Counted from the stretch's first letter, positions 47,912 to 58,624 are shown. The stretch is 64,000 nucleotides of DNA from Deltaproteobacteria bacterium (GCA_011526105.1 WYAZ01000099.1:2032-66031), one strand, 5' to 3'. Notes: generated from the letters alone by a model not told the origin. Numbers and translations: made by a program.

Positions 47912-50005
47912 TCAGCCTTTGCGCACCATGGTCTGTTCGACCAGCTCCGCGATGTCGAGCACGCGCACGGTCTCTGCCTTGCCCTTCTCTTTCACGCCGT
48001 CGTCGATCATGGTCATGCAGAACGGACAGGCCACCGCAATGGTGTCCGCGCCGGTGGCGAGCGCCTGCTCGGTGCGAAGCACGTTGACGCGGCCGGTCCC
48101 GGGCTCCTCTTCCTTCCACATCTGACCACCACCAGCGCCGCAGCACAGAGCTGTACGCTTGCTGCGCTCCATCTCGACGACCTTGAGGTGCTTCTGCGCG
48201 GCGAGGGTCGCGCGGGGCGCGTCATACTCGTCGTTCCAGCGACCCAGATAACAGGGGTCATGGAAGGTGACGGTCTTCATCGCGTCTTCCTTCAGCGTCA
48301 CCTTACCGCTCGCGAGGAGATCGCTGATGAGCTGCGAGTGATGAAGGACCTCGTAGTTGCCGCCAAACGCCGGGTACTCGTTCTTCAGGGTGTTGAGGCA
48401 GTGCGGGCACGCGGTGACGATCTTCTTCACGCCAAAGTCGTTGAGGGTGGTCACATTGGTCTGCGCCTGGGCGTCAAAGGCGTACTCGTTGCCGGTGCGC
48501 CTGAGCGGATCTCCGGTGCAGGACTCGTTGGTCCCGAGGATCGCGTAGCTGAGACCAGCCTCGTCCATGATCTTGGTGAAGCTCTTGACCGTCTTCTGCG
48601 CTCGGTTGTCGTAGCTGCCCGCGCAACCCACCCAGAATAGGTACTCGAACTTGCCCGCGTCTTCTTTGCTCTCCCAGAGCTCGAGCCCCATGCCCTCGGC
48701 CCAGTCGGCGCGCTTGTCGGCGCCGATGCCCCACGGGTTGTAGTTGTTCTCGATGTTCTTGAACATGCCGGTGAGCTCGTTCGAGACCGCACCCTCCATC
48801 ATCGTGAGGTGACGACGCATGTCTATGATGGTGTCGACGTGGCCGATGAGCACCGGGCACGCGTCTACGCAAGCGCCGCAAGTGGTGCAGCCCCAGAGGA
48901 CCTCGTGAGAGATCTGCCCCTCCTTGGCCTCAGCCTGCGTGGTGACGAAGAGCGGGAGCTTCTCGGCCGGGGCCTCCTCACCCTCGGCGAGGGCCTTCGA
49001 CCTCACGAAGGAGAAGAGCCCGTGCTGGCTGATGAGCTCGCCGGCGTTGGCGTACATGTTGATCTTGAGGTCGTGAATGACCTTCTGTGGATGAAGCGCC
49101 TTCCCGGTGTTTCGCGCCGGACAGAAGAGATCGCAACGACCGCATTCGGTGCAGGCGTAGCTGTCGAGGAGCGCCTTCCAGGTGAAGTCGGTGACCTTGC
49201 CCACACCAAACTGCTCGGTGTTCTCGAAGTCGAGTCGGGTGAGCTCAGCCTTGTGCTTGTCCTTCACGGACAAGAAGATGTTCGGGATGGCGCCGAGCAG
49301 ATGCTGGTGCTTCGACCACGGGATGTAGTTCAAGAAGAACAAGAGCACGAAGGCGTGTGACCACCAGAAGCCCTCGTACAGCCAAGAGCCGGCGAGGCCG
49401 GGGTCGACGCCGAGCGCCGCATACGCGCCGCGAGCGAGGCTGTTCGAGATCGGGAGCCAGGCCGCGTGACCACTCACATGCGGCTCGTGGCCGTGCAGGC
49501 CGCCACCGATGGCGCCGAAGTAGGTGAGCATCACGAGCGCGATCATGCTCAGCACGGCGAAGCCGTCTTTGGACTTGTAGGCGATGTGGCTTGGCTTGAT
49601 GACGATGCGCCTAAAGAGCGCCGCGCCCACCGCGAAGAGCACGAGGAACGCCATGGTGTCCTCCCCCCGCAGGATGGTGGAGTAGAGCGTGTCGCCGAGG
49701 AAGCTCATCGAGAAGCGCGGAAACACCCCACGGAGCAGAAACTCGATGTGCCCCACGGTGATGATCATGAAGCCCCAGAAGAACAGCACGTGGTTCCAGC
49801 CGAACTTCTGGTCGACCACACGTTTCTGGAAGAAGACGAAGAAGATGACGTCGCCGATACGCTCGCCGAGGTTCGTGGTGAGACCTTCCTTGTGCTTGGC
49901 GAAGCTGAGCAGTCGAACGAGGCGCCATACCGAGAACACGAACCCGCCCATCGCCCCCAGAAAGAAGACGGCAAACAAGAACGGTTTGAGGGTTGCGTAG
50001 TCCAT
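47912..50005 (-). CDS. Membrane Fe-S oxidoreductase (FadF/HdrD-like, NarI-type membrane domain)
   Basis: N-terminal TM helices; CTECGRC..CP and CTTCGAC..CP ferredoxin motifs; CCG domains (HDPCYLGR, CCGAGGG, ACPFC). Confidence 0.9.
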   Translation of the reverse strand: MDYATLKPFLFAVFFLGAMGGFVFSVWRLVRLLSFAKHKEGLTTNLGERIGDVIFFVFFQKRVVDQKFGWNHVLFFWGFMIITVGHIEFLLRGVFPRFSMSFLGDTLYSTILRGEDTMAFLVLFAVGAALFRRIVIKPSHIAYKSKDGFAVLSMIALVMLTYFGAIGGGLHGHEPHVSGHAAWLPISNSLARGAYAALGVDPGLAGSWLYEGFWWSHAFVLLFFLNYIPWSKHQHLLGAIPNIFLSVKDKHKAELTRLDFENTEQFGVGKVTDFTWKALLDSYACTECGRCDLFCPARNTGKALHPQKVIHDLKINMYANAGELISQHGLFSFVRSKALAEGEEAPAEKLPLFVTTQAEAKEGQISHEVLWGCTTCGACVDACPVLIGHVDTIIDMRRHLTMMEGAVSNELTGMFKNIENNYNPWGIGADKRADWAEGMGLELWESKEDAGKFEYLFWVGCAGSYDNRAQKTVKSFTKIMDEAGLSYAILGTNESCTGDPLRRTGNEYAFDAQAQTNVTTLNDFGVKKIVTACPHCLNTLKNEYPAFGGNYEVLHHSQLISDLLASGKVTLKEDAMKTVTFHDPCYLGRWNDEYDAPRATLAAQKHLKVVEMERSKRTALCCGAGGGQMWKEEEPGTGRVNVLRTEQALATGADTIAVACPFCMTMIDDGVKEKGKAETVRVLDIAELVEQTMVRKG

Positions 50006-50066
50006 CGGCCCCCTGAATAGCGATGACCGAGGGCGCTGGCAACTGCGAGAAGCAGTTCAGTAGGTG

Positions 50067-51152
50067 TTATCGCTCTCGCACGAGGCGAAGCAGGAGCCGC
50101 TTCTGGGTCTCGAAGCCGAAGGCTTCCTCCCAGGCGTGTCCGGCCTCGACGAGGGCCTTCCGCCGGCCCTTGTCCCCGGCGAGCCTGAGCAGGGCACTCG
50201 CCATCGATTCCGCATCGCCAGGAGGCACCAGCTCGAGCTGGTTGTCGTCGAAGTAGACCCCGATCGCTGGGGTCCGCGCCGCGACCACCGGGATGCCGAT
50301 CGAAAGGTACTCGAGGAGCTTGCTCGGCAGCTCACTGCGCTCGTTGTCCGCGCGATGAGGAACCACCGCCACGTGGGCATCGCGGATCCGCGTCGCGACT
50401 TCCTCGAGCGGTCTCCAGGTCCCATCCATGCGCAGGACTTCGTCCGAGAGGTCGAGAGACGAAGCGAGCTCACGAAGCTCGGGGACCGCCTCCCCGTCTC
50501 CGATGACGGTGAGCTGGAGTCGTGGATCCTCGCGCCGGGCCTTGGCGAAGGCTCGAATGGCCAAGTCGAGACCGTGCCGAGCGATCACCGCACCGTGATA
50601 GACGATGCGCAGGTGGTCCTGAATGCGGGGCTCCTTCTTGCGGAGCGGAAAGAGCTTCGGGTCCGCGGCGTCCATGAGGATGTGGAGCCGCCGGGGCGGG
50701 ACCCCGCTGGCGAGGAGCTGATCGTACTGCAGACGATCCGCGGCGACGACGTCATCGACCGCGGAGAGAAGAGCCACTGACACCGGTTCGCGGGATGCGC
50801 AGGCGAGATCGAGGATGACTCGGGCCCCGGAGATCCGCGGCAGGAGCCCGCCCAGCGCGGTCAGCCCGTCGGACGCATGCAGGTACACGACATCGAAGGG
50901 GCTACGCGCATGCTCCAGGAAGAATCGAACGAACGCGGTGGGGAAGAAGCCGGCCGGCTTCTGGAGCGGGGCGGGGAGCTGGAGACCGTGGAGCCGCACG
51001 CCATCGAGCATCGGTCCGGGATCGAGCTCGCCCTCCTCGAGCGAGTACACATGCACACGGTCGCCGCGCGTAGCGAGGCACTCGGCGTGGCGGCGCACCC
51101 GAGCGTCAGAGCTGTACCGGGTGCAGGCGAGGATCGCGACCGAGAGAGCCAC
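50067..51152 (-). CDS. Glycosyltransferase family 4
   Basis: DARVRRHA, VYHG...HGLDL, LPSKLLEYLSIGIPVV. Confidence 0.85.
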   Translation of the reverse strand: MALSVAILACTRYSSDARVRRHAECLATRGDRVHVYSLEEGELDPGPMLDGVRLHGLQLPAPLQKPAGFFPTAFVRFFLEHARSPFDVVYLHASDGLTALGGLLPRISGARVILDLACASREPVSVALLSAVDDVVAADRLQYDQLLASGVPPRRLHILMDAADPKLFPLRKKEPRIQDHLRIVYHGAVIARHGLDLAIRAFAKARREDPRLQLTVIGDGEAVPELRELASSLDLSDEVLRMDGTWRPLEEVATRIRDAHVAVVPHRADNERSELPSKLLEYLSIGIPVVAARTPAIGVYFDDNQLELVPPGDAESMASALLRLAGDKGRRKALVEAGHAWEEAFGFETQKRLLLRLVRER

Positions 51153-51199
51153 ACACGCCCCATAACCGATGGGGCGCGCGGCGGCCAGCCTTCGCGGCC

Positions 51200-54100
51200 C
51201 TACAACGTGCGGATCGTCGGACGCCAGTAGAGACGGCGCAGCCGCAGCCGCTGTCCGCCCTCGGTCTGCACAATGGACGCGGTGGTCCGAGCGGCCGCGC
51301 CGGTGCGCGCAGACGTCTGGGTGAAGACCGCCTGCGAGCCCCGCAGGATGGTCGGCGAGGTCGGAATACCGGTGCCGATGTCTTTCGCGGCGGGGGCCCC
51401 GGTACCCGCGAAGGCATCGACGCAGGTCTGGTAGTTGAACGCCCGAAGGTAGGCATTGCCAGCGTTACAGGCGCTCGCGCCCACCCGATAGGTCGTAAAC
51501 GCAACGACCCCCTTCGCCACGACCGCGGGGCTCACGACGTGCTCGTCGAGGTCCAGAGCGATGACGCCCGAGATACTTCCGCTGGTCGGACTGCACGAGT
51601 TGCTGGTCGTGGCGTCGTTGACGCCGCTGGCCTTTCGGAAGGTGCGGTCCACGACTTTGTAGAAGTAATTCTGACTGCTGTTCGGAGTCGTGAGGTTCTT
51701 GATGTTACCCGAACCGTAGGCGATCACGACGTTGTTGTTGGCGTCGAAGTAGGCCACCGGAGCCGCCCAGTACCGACGCGACGTGGCGGTGCTTGTGAGA
51801 TCGAGCGAGCCCGCGCCCGAGGACAGATCGACCGCGGGTCCGAAGGTGGGGAAGCCGGCGGTCGACTGCACCGACACGCGAACCAAACGACCCCAGCGAC
51901 TCACCGCATAGCAGTGTGAGATCCCGCCCTTGCCGGTGGCGTCCAGACACACCGGCGAGGTGGGGTAGTCTTCGCCGGCGTTCGCGGGAAGCGCCCGCGT
52001 CGCGAGTCCAAACCCCGGGCCGCCGTTGATGCCCGCCATGACGAGGCCCGCTGTGCCGTCTTCGCCGCCGGTCATCACCACTGCCACCTTGGGCTGTGTC
52101 CCCGTCGTGGGGAGCTGATAGATGGTCGGTTCGGACGAGGCGAAGTAGCCGGCGGGGAGTGTCCAGTCACGAAGCACGGTAGGGGCTTGCGGGTTGGTCA
52201 CGTTCATCGCGATCAGGCCGCGATAGCCTTTGCCCTGCGCGCCCACGAGCACCGTCGCGTAGTCGCTCGCCGAGGGAGTCGCAGACGCTGCGAGCTGCAC
52301 TTCACGCACCGCGATCTGACCGGTGGTCAGCGGAACCTTGACCAGGTTCGAATACGTGTAGTCGGGCGTGCTGGGCACCCAGGTGGGCCGGTAGCGCCAG
52401 TACTCTCGGCACGAGTCTGCGTCCGGAACGTACTGATACTGCAAGTTCACCCCAAAGCGGGGAGCGCCCGCGCTCTGCCTGCCGCCGTAGAAGGCATGCA
52501 GATAGCCGTTCGACCAGGTGTAGACGATGCGCTCTCGCGTCCGGTTGTTGGCGAGATAGGTGTTGAAGGCGGTGCTCGCGGCGCCCCCCGAGGGCAGCTC
52601 TCGAGGCGCATCGACGATCACCGGTCTCGTGCTGGTTCCGCCGTTCATGAAACCCAGGGTCAGCGGCGGATGGGTGTCGTAGACGTCATCGCCGTCGCGG
52701 TCGAGCGCGCCACCGGCCACTTCGTGCGCGCGGTAACGTACGTCTCCCGCGTAGTTGAGGAAGGCGCGACCCGTCGGGTCGAGCCCCCAGGGCAGGCCGA
52801 GCTTGTCCCGATGCGTAGCGACGTTGAGACCGAAGCCCGCGGCCACGGCCGATGAGGGCTGGTGCATGAGCCCGGTCTTGGCGATGCTCGCCCAGTCGGT
52901 TTCGCAGAAGGGCGCGCTCTCGAGCACCCCGTTGGCGTCCATGCGATGCAGCGAGATGCGCGACGGATGCGGAAGGTACTTGTCATCGGGCACACTCGCG
53001 TGATCGGCCGCCTTCTTGCGACCGAAGACGCTGAAGTTGTGAAACGCGACCCACGACTCGTAACGGTCCAGCCCCGGAGTGGCGCCGGTGTACGTGCCGT
53101 GCATGACTCGGTTCGTCACCTCCGCGAAGGCGATGCGCATCTCGGTCTGGCTGTTGGCGCGAAAGCGGTTCGGGATCGCGCCGTTGGAGAGGAAGCTCTG
53201 CATCGTGTTCGCAGCCCCAGCCGCCTCCGACGAAATATGAAACACGTACATGTTCGGCTGCGGGACCTCATCCGCGGACATATAGGTGCCAACCGCGGGA
53301 ACGGTGATCCCGCTGACGGTGCCGCCGGTCAGGGCCTTCATCGCATGGGCTTGAACGGCGGTGTGGTTACCGTAGGTGCCGTCGGTGAAGAACATCGCGA
53401 CGTTCTCGCGGCACCCTCCCGCGTTCAAGCGATTGTCGGGCTGAGCTCGGAGCGCGGCTCCGGTTCTACCGGACGTCTCATCGATGGACTCGCAGACACC
53501 CACGACCTGTCGGGCCTGCCAGGTGGCGGGCGGCAGCGTCAGCGGGAGGCCACACTCGGACATGATCGTGCCGCTCGAGAAACACGCCGGCGAGGTCGCG
53601 TCGCACGCGCAGGTGCCAAAGAACGGGCTTCCTGGCTGGCAGATGGAGTTTAGGAGTTGTCCGCCATTACACCAGCTCCCTCGGCCGCCGCTGAGGAAGC
53701 TGAGATCCCAGTACGCATCGGGGTCGACGAGGCACTGAGCGAGTGCGTTTCGCACCGCGGTGAGCTGTGTCTCCATGGGACCGCAGAATTCCTCGTCGAT
53801 CATGTGGGCCGAGATGCCGCCGGGAGAAGAACTCCAGCGCGGCCACTGGTAGCCGCCGGTCGCGAGATTGGCTCCAAGAAGTGCTCCCGGATTGATCGAA
53901 GGCATGGGCGGGGCCGGCACCATCGTCATCGTGCAGGTCGTGGAGGTGGCGGAGGGTTGACCGGGGAGAGATAGACCGGTCGGGGGATTGGTATAGATGT
54001 TCTGAAGCGCGGCCGCGTCACCCGCACAGAGAGCGGTGGGCGTGAGGCAGTTCACCACCGCCGACCCGCCCGGATAGAGGTACTCCTTGGTCGGGCGGCC

Positions 54101-54532
54101 GATGCAGATGTGACTGGACAACCGGTCCGCGAGACCGGTGCCGGGCGCGAACACGTTGTCGTACGACTGTTCCTTGTCCGAGGCGATGGGTGCGCTTCGA
54201 TCGACGACCCTCGCCGAACCGCAGCCTTTGTACGTGAAGCCACCCCAGACAAAGAGGTCCTTAAAGAGCGGAGCCACCTGCTTGAGGGATTCCTTCGCCA
54301 CGTACCACCGTTCGCCGGCCGAGATACCAGCGCCTTCGTGACAGCCCGAACAACTCTCGTTGATGCGCATCGTGATCGACATATCGAAGCCGACGATCGC
54401 GTTTGGGTTCGCCTTCGTGTCGAGGGGGTTCCAGAGGTTCTGGGCCTGGGCGCTGGACGCGAGCAGGAGCGCGCCGAGGGTGACCGCCGACCCTGCGAGC
54501 AGCTGTAGATGATGATGACTTCTGCGTTTCAT
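51200..54532 (-). CDS. pilY1: PilY1-like type IV pilus adhesin/assembly protein
   Basis: Signal peptide; Cys-rich N-terminal half; NGYLHAF and C-terminal beta-propeller; last gene of a minor pilin cluster. Confidence 0.8.
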   Translation of the reverse strand: MKRRSHHHLQLLAGSAVTLGALLLASSAQAQNLWNPLDTKANPNAIVGFDMSITMRINESCSGCHEGAGISAGERWYVAKESLKQVAPLFKDLFVWGGFTYKGCGSARVVDRSAPIASDKEQSYDNVFAPGTGLADRLSSHICIGRPTKEYLYPGGSAVVNCLTPTALCAGDAAALQNIYTNPPTGLSLPGQPSATSTTCTMTMVPAPPMPSINPGALLGANLATGGYQWPRWSSSPGGISAHMIDEEFCGPMETQLTAVRNALAQCLVDPDAYWDLSFLSGGRGSWCNGGQLLNSICQPGSPFFGTCACDATSPACFSSGTIMSECGLPLTLPPATWQARQVVGVCESIDETSGRTGAALRAQPDNRLNAGGCRENVAMFFTDGTYGNHTAVQAHAMKALTGGTVSGITVPAVGTYMSADEVPQPNMYVFHISSEAAGAANTMQSFLSNGAIPNRFRANSQTEMRIAFAEVTNRVMHGTYTGATPGLDRYESWVAFHNFSVFGRKKAADHASVPDDKYLPHPSRISLHRMDANGVLESAPFCETDWASIAKTGLMHQPSSAVAAGFGLNVATHRDKLGLPWGLDPTGRAFLNYAGDVRYRAHEVAGGALDRDGDDVYDTHPPLTLGFMNGGTSTRPVIVDAPRELPSGGAASTAFNTYLANNRTRERIVYTWSNGYLHAFYGGRQSAGAPRFGVNLQYQYVPDADSCREYWRYRPTWVPSTPDYTYSNLVKVPLTTGQIAVREVQLAASATPSASDYATVLVGAQGKGYRGLIAMNVTNPQAPTVLRDWTLPAGYFASSEPTIYQLPTTGTQPKVAVVMTGGEDGTAGLVMAGINGGPGFGLATRALPANAGEDYPTSPVCLDATGKGGISHCYAVSRWGRLVRVSVQSTAGFPTFGPAVDLSSGAGSLDLTSTATSRRYWAAPVAYFDANNNVVIAYGSGNIKNLTTPNSSQNYFYKVVDRTFRKASGVNDATTSNSCSPTSGSISGVIALDLDEHVVSPAVVAKGVVAFTTYRVGASACNAGNAYLRAFNYQTCVDAFAGTGAPAAKDIGTGIPTSPTILRGSQAVFTQTSARTGAAARTTASIVQTEGGQRLRLRRLYWRPTIRTL

Positions 54533-54543
54533 GTTCGTCTCCC

Positions 54544-55071
54544 CTAGTTCCCCGAGTGCGAGGCGGTGTGGGGCACCTGCAACCCCACCGCAACGCGCTC
54601 CTCCGAGCCGCTGCCGATGATTCCCGGCTGCGTCCGCACGCTCAGTAAGACCTCGGCCACGTATCCCAAGTTGGATTTGACGTCTTCGCCCGGTGGAGGT
54701 CGCGTTCGGCCCACGATGCGCAGGCCTACTCGCACGTCCACCTGGTCCTGTCCCGGGATCGGCACGTCGGGATAGAGCAACGGCCCGACGAAGTTCGGGT
54801 TCGCGGGATTGCTGAAGATGTCCCAGTTCTGCTCGCTGAGCGTCACCGGGTCGCGGGACCGAAGCTCGTTGATGGCTTGATCGAGCCCGTGCATCAGCGC
54901 TGAACTCACGGAAGCTTGGGCCCGCGCGGAGGCTCCCTGCTTGATGCGCTCACCCGTCTCACGAAGCACCACCATGCCCAGCGAGAGCATGGCGATGAGC
55001 AGCACCATCACCATCAGAAGCACGAAGCCCTTCTGCCCCTCTCGGGGTCTGTGGTTCCGCAGCGTGTTCAT
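54544..55071 (-). CDS. pilX: PilX-like minor pilin
   Basis: QKG|FVLLMVMVLL prepilin signal lacking Glu5, as is typical of PilX. Confidence 0.75.
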   Translation of the reverse strand: MNTLRNHRPREGQKGFVLLMVMVLLIAMLSLGMVVLRETGERIKQGASARAQASVSSALMHGLDQAINELRSRDPVTLSEQNWDIFSNPANPNFVGPLLYPDVPIPGQDQVDVRVGLRIVGRTRPPPGEDVKSNLGYVAEVLLSVRTQPGIIGSGSEERVAVGLQVPHTASHSGN

Positions 55072-55072
55072 C

Positions 55073-56221
55073 TCACCATGGCTCCGCGGGCGTATCAGCC
55101 AGCATGTTCTGGTCGAAGAAGCGAAGGCTGAGGAGGACCTCACCGGTCGTGACTTGATGAAAGCGGTAGGCGCGGGAGATGCCGGGCAGCGGGGTTGCAC
55201 GGTTCTCGAGCACCGGCAGATCCACGTCACTCGCGTCATCGACGCGACGACCCGAGCGGAGCTGCATGCTGAGTCGGATTTGGCGGACCTCGAACCAGTT
55301 CGCGTCATCGGCGCCCAGGGCGGTCTCGGCCTCGGCATCGACCGCCGGGTCGAAGGCCCAAGCCACCTCCATACCCCCGCCCCGGGTGAGGCCGGCCTCC
55401 GAGGAGAGCCGATAGGCGACCTGAAGGTCCATGACCCCGGGCGCGAGCCGCCGAAGATGGTTGGGGTCGGTGTTGATATAGACCGGCCCACCGAGCGCCT
55501 CCGGGAATTCGCCCCCGACACCGTCGAAGTCGCTGCGCCAAAGCGAGCCGTCGTCCGATACGAAGTAGGTGCTGACTCGCGCACACATGATCACGGCCCC
55601 CGGAGGGACGTCGAAGACGAGCGTCTCTCCGGCCAACGTCACCGGATCGCTGTTGGCGTTGATATGCATGAGCTGAGTGCGCCCAGCTCCATTCGAGGCG
55701 CTGCTGTCACTCAGATACGCCATCGAACAGGGCAAGCCGCCCACCGCACCATCGAGCAGGGCCCCAGGGAGGGCTGCGCTTCCTTGGGCGGCGAAGATGT
55801 CGGTGCGGAACGAGCGGTCGGGCGCGCTGTCGACCGCCACGATCTGCAGCACGTCGGACCCCGCCACGATGTTCTGGGAGCCGCCGCCCGGGTGATTGTC
55901 CACCCCCGAGACGGCGGGGATCGCGGGGAAGCCGCCGCCCGGAGTGATTCGCCGCAGCGTGCCCCAGACCGCGTGGCTCGCATCGACGCCGATGGCCCCG
56001 GTCGAGCCCTGACCCGCGGCCTTCAGCTCGGTCCGGATCTGATGACCGAGCACCCGGGCCTTGCCGACCATGTCACTCTCTTCCGCGCCTTGACCCGACT
56101 TCCTCACCGCGACGCGAGCCATCGCCGCGGCGACGGCGACCGCGAAGCTGCCCACCGCCATCGCGATCATGAGCTCGACCAGCGTGAAGCCGAGAAGGCG
56201 TTTGTGACTGCGCCGCGCCAT
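55073..56221 (-). CDS. pilW: PilW-like minor pilin
   Basis: G|FTLVELMIAM; LAPGVMDLQVAY; VRQIRLSM. Confidence 0.8.
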   Translation of the reverse strand: MARRSHKRLLGFTLVELMIAMAVGSFAVAVAAAMARVAVRKSGQGAEESDMVGKARVLGHQIRTELKAAGQGSTGAIGVDASHAVWGTLRRITPGGGFPAIPAVSGVDNHPGGGSQNIVAGSDVLQIVAVDSAPDRSFRTDIFAAQGSAALPGALLDGAVGGLPCSMAYLSDSSASNGAGRTQLMHINANSDPVTLAGETLVFDVPPGAVIMCARVSTYFVSDDGSLWRSDFDGVGGEFPEALGGPVYINTDPNHLRRLAPGVMDLQVAYRLSSEAGLTRGGGMEVAWAFDPAVDAEAETALGADDANWFEVRQIRLSMQLRSGRRVDDASDVDLPVLENRATPLPGISRAYRFHQVTTGEVLLSLRFFDQNMLADTPAEPW

Positions 56222-56799
56222 CAGTAGAACTCTCCTCTGCTCGTCGCGCCTTCGCGCTCGGCGCAGACCTTCTTGACGACGAACTCCCTCACGTAGAGCC
56301 CAGCGATCCACTCGTTGCTCGGTACGCACTGGGCGCCCGGCGTGGCCCCGCCGAGCGCGGACGGATGGTTCCATTCACAGATCTGCACTCGAACATCGAC
56401 CGATCGGGGTCCCAGCACCGCGGGCGCTGCGGGCGGCATCACCATGTACTGAACCCGCATGGGGAAGTTCGTCTGGAACTGCGAGGCTGCGGCGTCGAGC
56501 TGTCCGACGACGGTGATGGATCCGGCTGGCGCCACCGTCCAGGTGTTGAGGTTCGCGAGCCCCGGGTCGTCCTGGACACCGAGTGGAGTGTCATCGCAGG
56601 CCGCGTCGCGGATCTGGGCGCTGATGGCCGCGAGCACATCGAGCGAAGTGGACTGAAACTTCGCCCGCCGATTTGTCGTGCTGATGCCCGAGAGCAGAGA
56701 GAACAAGGAGGCGCTGCCTATCCCGAGGACCGCGACCGCCACCATCGTCTCGATCAAAGTCATGCCGAGCCGGCGCCGGCGAGCCTTTCGTGCACTCAT
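56221..56799 (-). CDS. pilV: PilV-like minor pilin
   Basis: G|MTLIETMVAVAVL; position in the cluster. Confidence 0.75.
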   Translation of the reverse strand: MSARKARRRRLGMTLIETMVAVAVLGIGSASLFSLLSGISTTNRRAKFQSTSLDVLAAISAQIRDAACDDTPLGVQDDPGLANLNTWTVAPAGSITVVGQLDAAASQFQTNFPMRVQYMVMPPAAPAVLGPRSVDVRVQICEWNHPSALGGATPGAQCVPSNEWIAGLYVREFVVKKVCAEREGATSRGEFY

Positions 56800-57392
56800 A
56801 GGCCGTCCTCGGCGTCACAGGCCCCTTGGGCTGGATCGAAGGAGCGACAGAGCACACCGCTCGAGAGAACGCGGACTCCGTACTGCTCGTTGGCATCGTT
56901 CGGGTTCTGAAGCAGAGCGAACAACTCCGCAGGCTGCCCGGCGATGTCGACCAGCCGACCCGAAGGGGTGAAGGTCACGACCGGCGTGACCGAGGTGGGC
57001 GCCCCTTGCGCACGATGATGGGAGTCGTCGTCGAGGTTGAAAGTGTTGCAGGAGACCACAGACACCCCTGCCGCATCCTCGACCACCTGAGTGGGCATAT
57101 TATAGGTGCCGGCGGCGAGGTCGAAGGTCATGAAGAGACCGTTGCCGCCGGTGTCACAGCTCGCGTCCACGGCCATGGCCGCAGTGCCAAAGCGGCCGGC
57201 GAGCGCGACGGCCAAGGCCCGGCTCATCTCGAGCCGGCTCTTCAGCAGGCTCCCCGCCGAATTCAAGTTGGCACGCTCCGCTGAGCGACTCATCGAACCC
57301 GCGGCGAGGGCCCCGAAGACGCCGATGATCGCCACGACGATCATGACCTCGATCAGCGTGAAACCAGAGCGTGAGGACCGAGCACGAACCAC
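56796..57392 (-). CDS. fimU: FimU/FimT-like minor pilin
   Basis: G|FTLIEVMIVVAII; VTFTPSG; first gene of the cluster. Confidence 0.75.
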   Translation of the reverse strand: MVRARSSRSGFTLIEVMIVVAIIGVFGALAAGSMSRSAERANLNSAGSLLKSRLEMSRALAVALAGRFGTAAMAVDASCDTGGNGLFMTFDLAAGTYNMPTQVVEDAAGVSVVSCNTFNLDDDSHHRAQGAPTSVTPVVTFTPSGRLVDIAGQPAELFALLQNPNDANEQYGVRVLSSGVLCRSFDPAQGACDAEDGL

Positions 57393-57403
57393 AGGCGCGG
57401 TGT

Positions 57404-57420
57404 TGCATCCGGTGTGCCCA
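57404..57420 (-). promoter_or_regulatory. Putative sigma-54 promoter of the minor pilin operon
   Basis: Minus strand reads TGGGCACACCGGATGCA, i.e. GGCAC-N5-ATGC (GG-N10-GC). Confidence 0.5.
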
Positions 57421-57523
57421 GCGCCGATACTGGAGACTACTTGGATTCGCGAAGGAGATTGCGCGGCCTATGAAGATCGTTTCCATGGCGGCTACACCTC
57501 TGTCGGACAACGCGCAGGTGCTG

Positions 57524-58624
57524 ATGTCGGCTATCAGACTCGTCTTGCCGACACTCATCGCAGCCCTCGCGCTCTCCGTGGTTGGATGCAAGCGCGCCCC
57601 GCCGCAGGCGAGCGAGAAGTCCTGCGGGAGCTCAGCCGCAGCCTTCACCGCCTGCGTCGAAGATACGATGCGCGCGGCACAGAACTACGAGCTCGAGCTC
57701 GAGTACCAGGTGCAGCATAGCTTCCCGGCGGGCGCCCACGGAGCTTCGGGAAGCGGACCGACCACCGTGGTCCTCTCGAGGAGTGAGACGACGGTTCGAC
57801 ACCGCACGCCACTCGAGCTCGAGGTCCGTGCCGTCGTCACGGAGGAGCCGCTGTACGAAGGCAGTCCGAGCCAATCGCGCCAGCATGTGCTCGCAACTCA
57901 GAAGCTCATGCAGGGCTCCGTCACCCTCCTCGGGGCGGACGGTTCGGTGGCCTCGGAGGATCACGTCGTCGTGGACCGAGAGCGGCTCGCGCCAAAAGAC
58001 CGCCCTTTCGATGCCGGTCTCGCTCTTCCCGGCACCGGCTTCATCCCCGGGTTCGAGTTCTTGGGCAGCACGAGGTACATCGTCGAGCGCTACACACCCC
58101 TGGGTACGCCTCGGGCCGTCGACCTCGACGGGGAGCGTTTGCTCGTTCTCGCGTTCCAACGAGAACCGCTCGAGTTCTTGAATGAGCTCTTTGAGAGGCA
58201 GCACGAAATGGTCGCTCAGCTCGTCGTGGCCCAGACACTCGTCGACGCCGACGGGGAGCAGATGCGGCCCGAGTTCGAGTCGATGCTGCGCCGGACGACC
58301 AGCGCGATGCGCTCGCTGCGTTCGGTGCAGATTTGGATCTCGGCGCAGGACTTTGCACCTCGCCGCATCGAGCTCGGGGCGGAACCGGAACACCCCACCC
58401 ACATCCTCCGCGTCAAGCGCTGGGAGACGCGCCCGGTCTTCGGCCCCGGAACGTTTACCAAGACGAGCAGCGAAGCACGCGACCTGACGGAAGACCTCCT
58501 CGGCGCGCGCAAGGCCTACCAGCAAGCGTTTGCGGAGCATCCGGAGGTGGTCGGGCGAGTGCGAGCGCAACTCCTCGCGGCACTCAAAGAGGCGCCCCCG
58601 ACCAAGCCGCCACCCGTGCGCTAG
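57524..58624 (+). CDS. Hypothetical lipoprotein, possibly LolA-like fold
   Basis: LSVVGC lipobox; IWISAQDFAPRRIEL and FGPGTF resemble LolA-like C-termini; start uncertain. Confidence 0.55.
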   Translation: MSAIRLVLPTLIAALALSVVGCKRAPPQASEKSCGSSAAAFTACVEDTMRAAQNYELELEYQVQHSFPAGAHGASGSGPTTVVLSRSETTVRHRTPLELEVRAVVTEEPLYEGSPSQSRQHVLATQKLMQGSVTLLGADGSVASEDHVVVDRERLAPKDRPFDAGLALPGTGFIPGFEFLGSTRYIVERYTPLGTPRAVDLDGERLLVLAFQREPLEFLNELFERQHEMVAQLVVAQTLVDADGEQMRPEFESMLRRTTSAMRSLRSVQIWISAQDFAPRRIELGAEPEHPTHILRVKRWETRPVFGPGTFTKTSSEARDLTEDLLGARKAYQQAFAEHPEVVGRVRAQLLAALKEAPPTKPPPVR

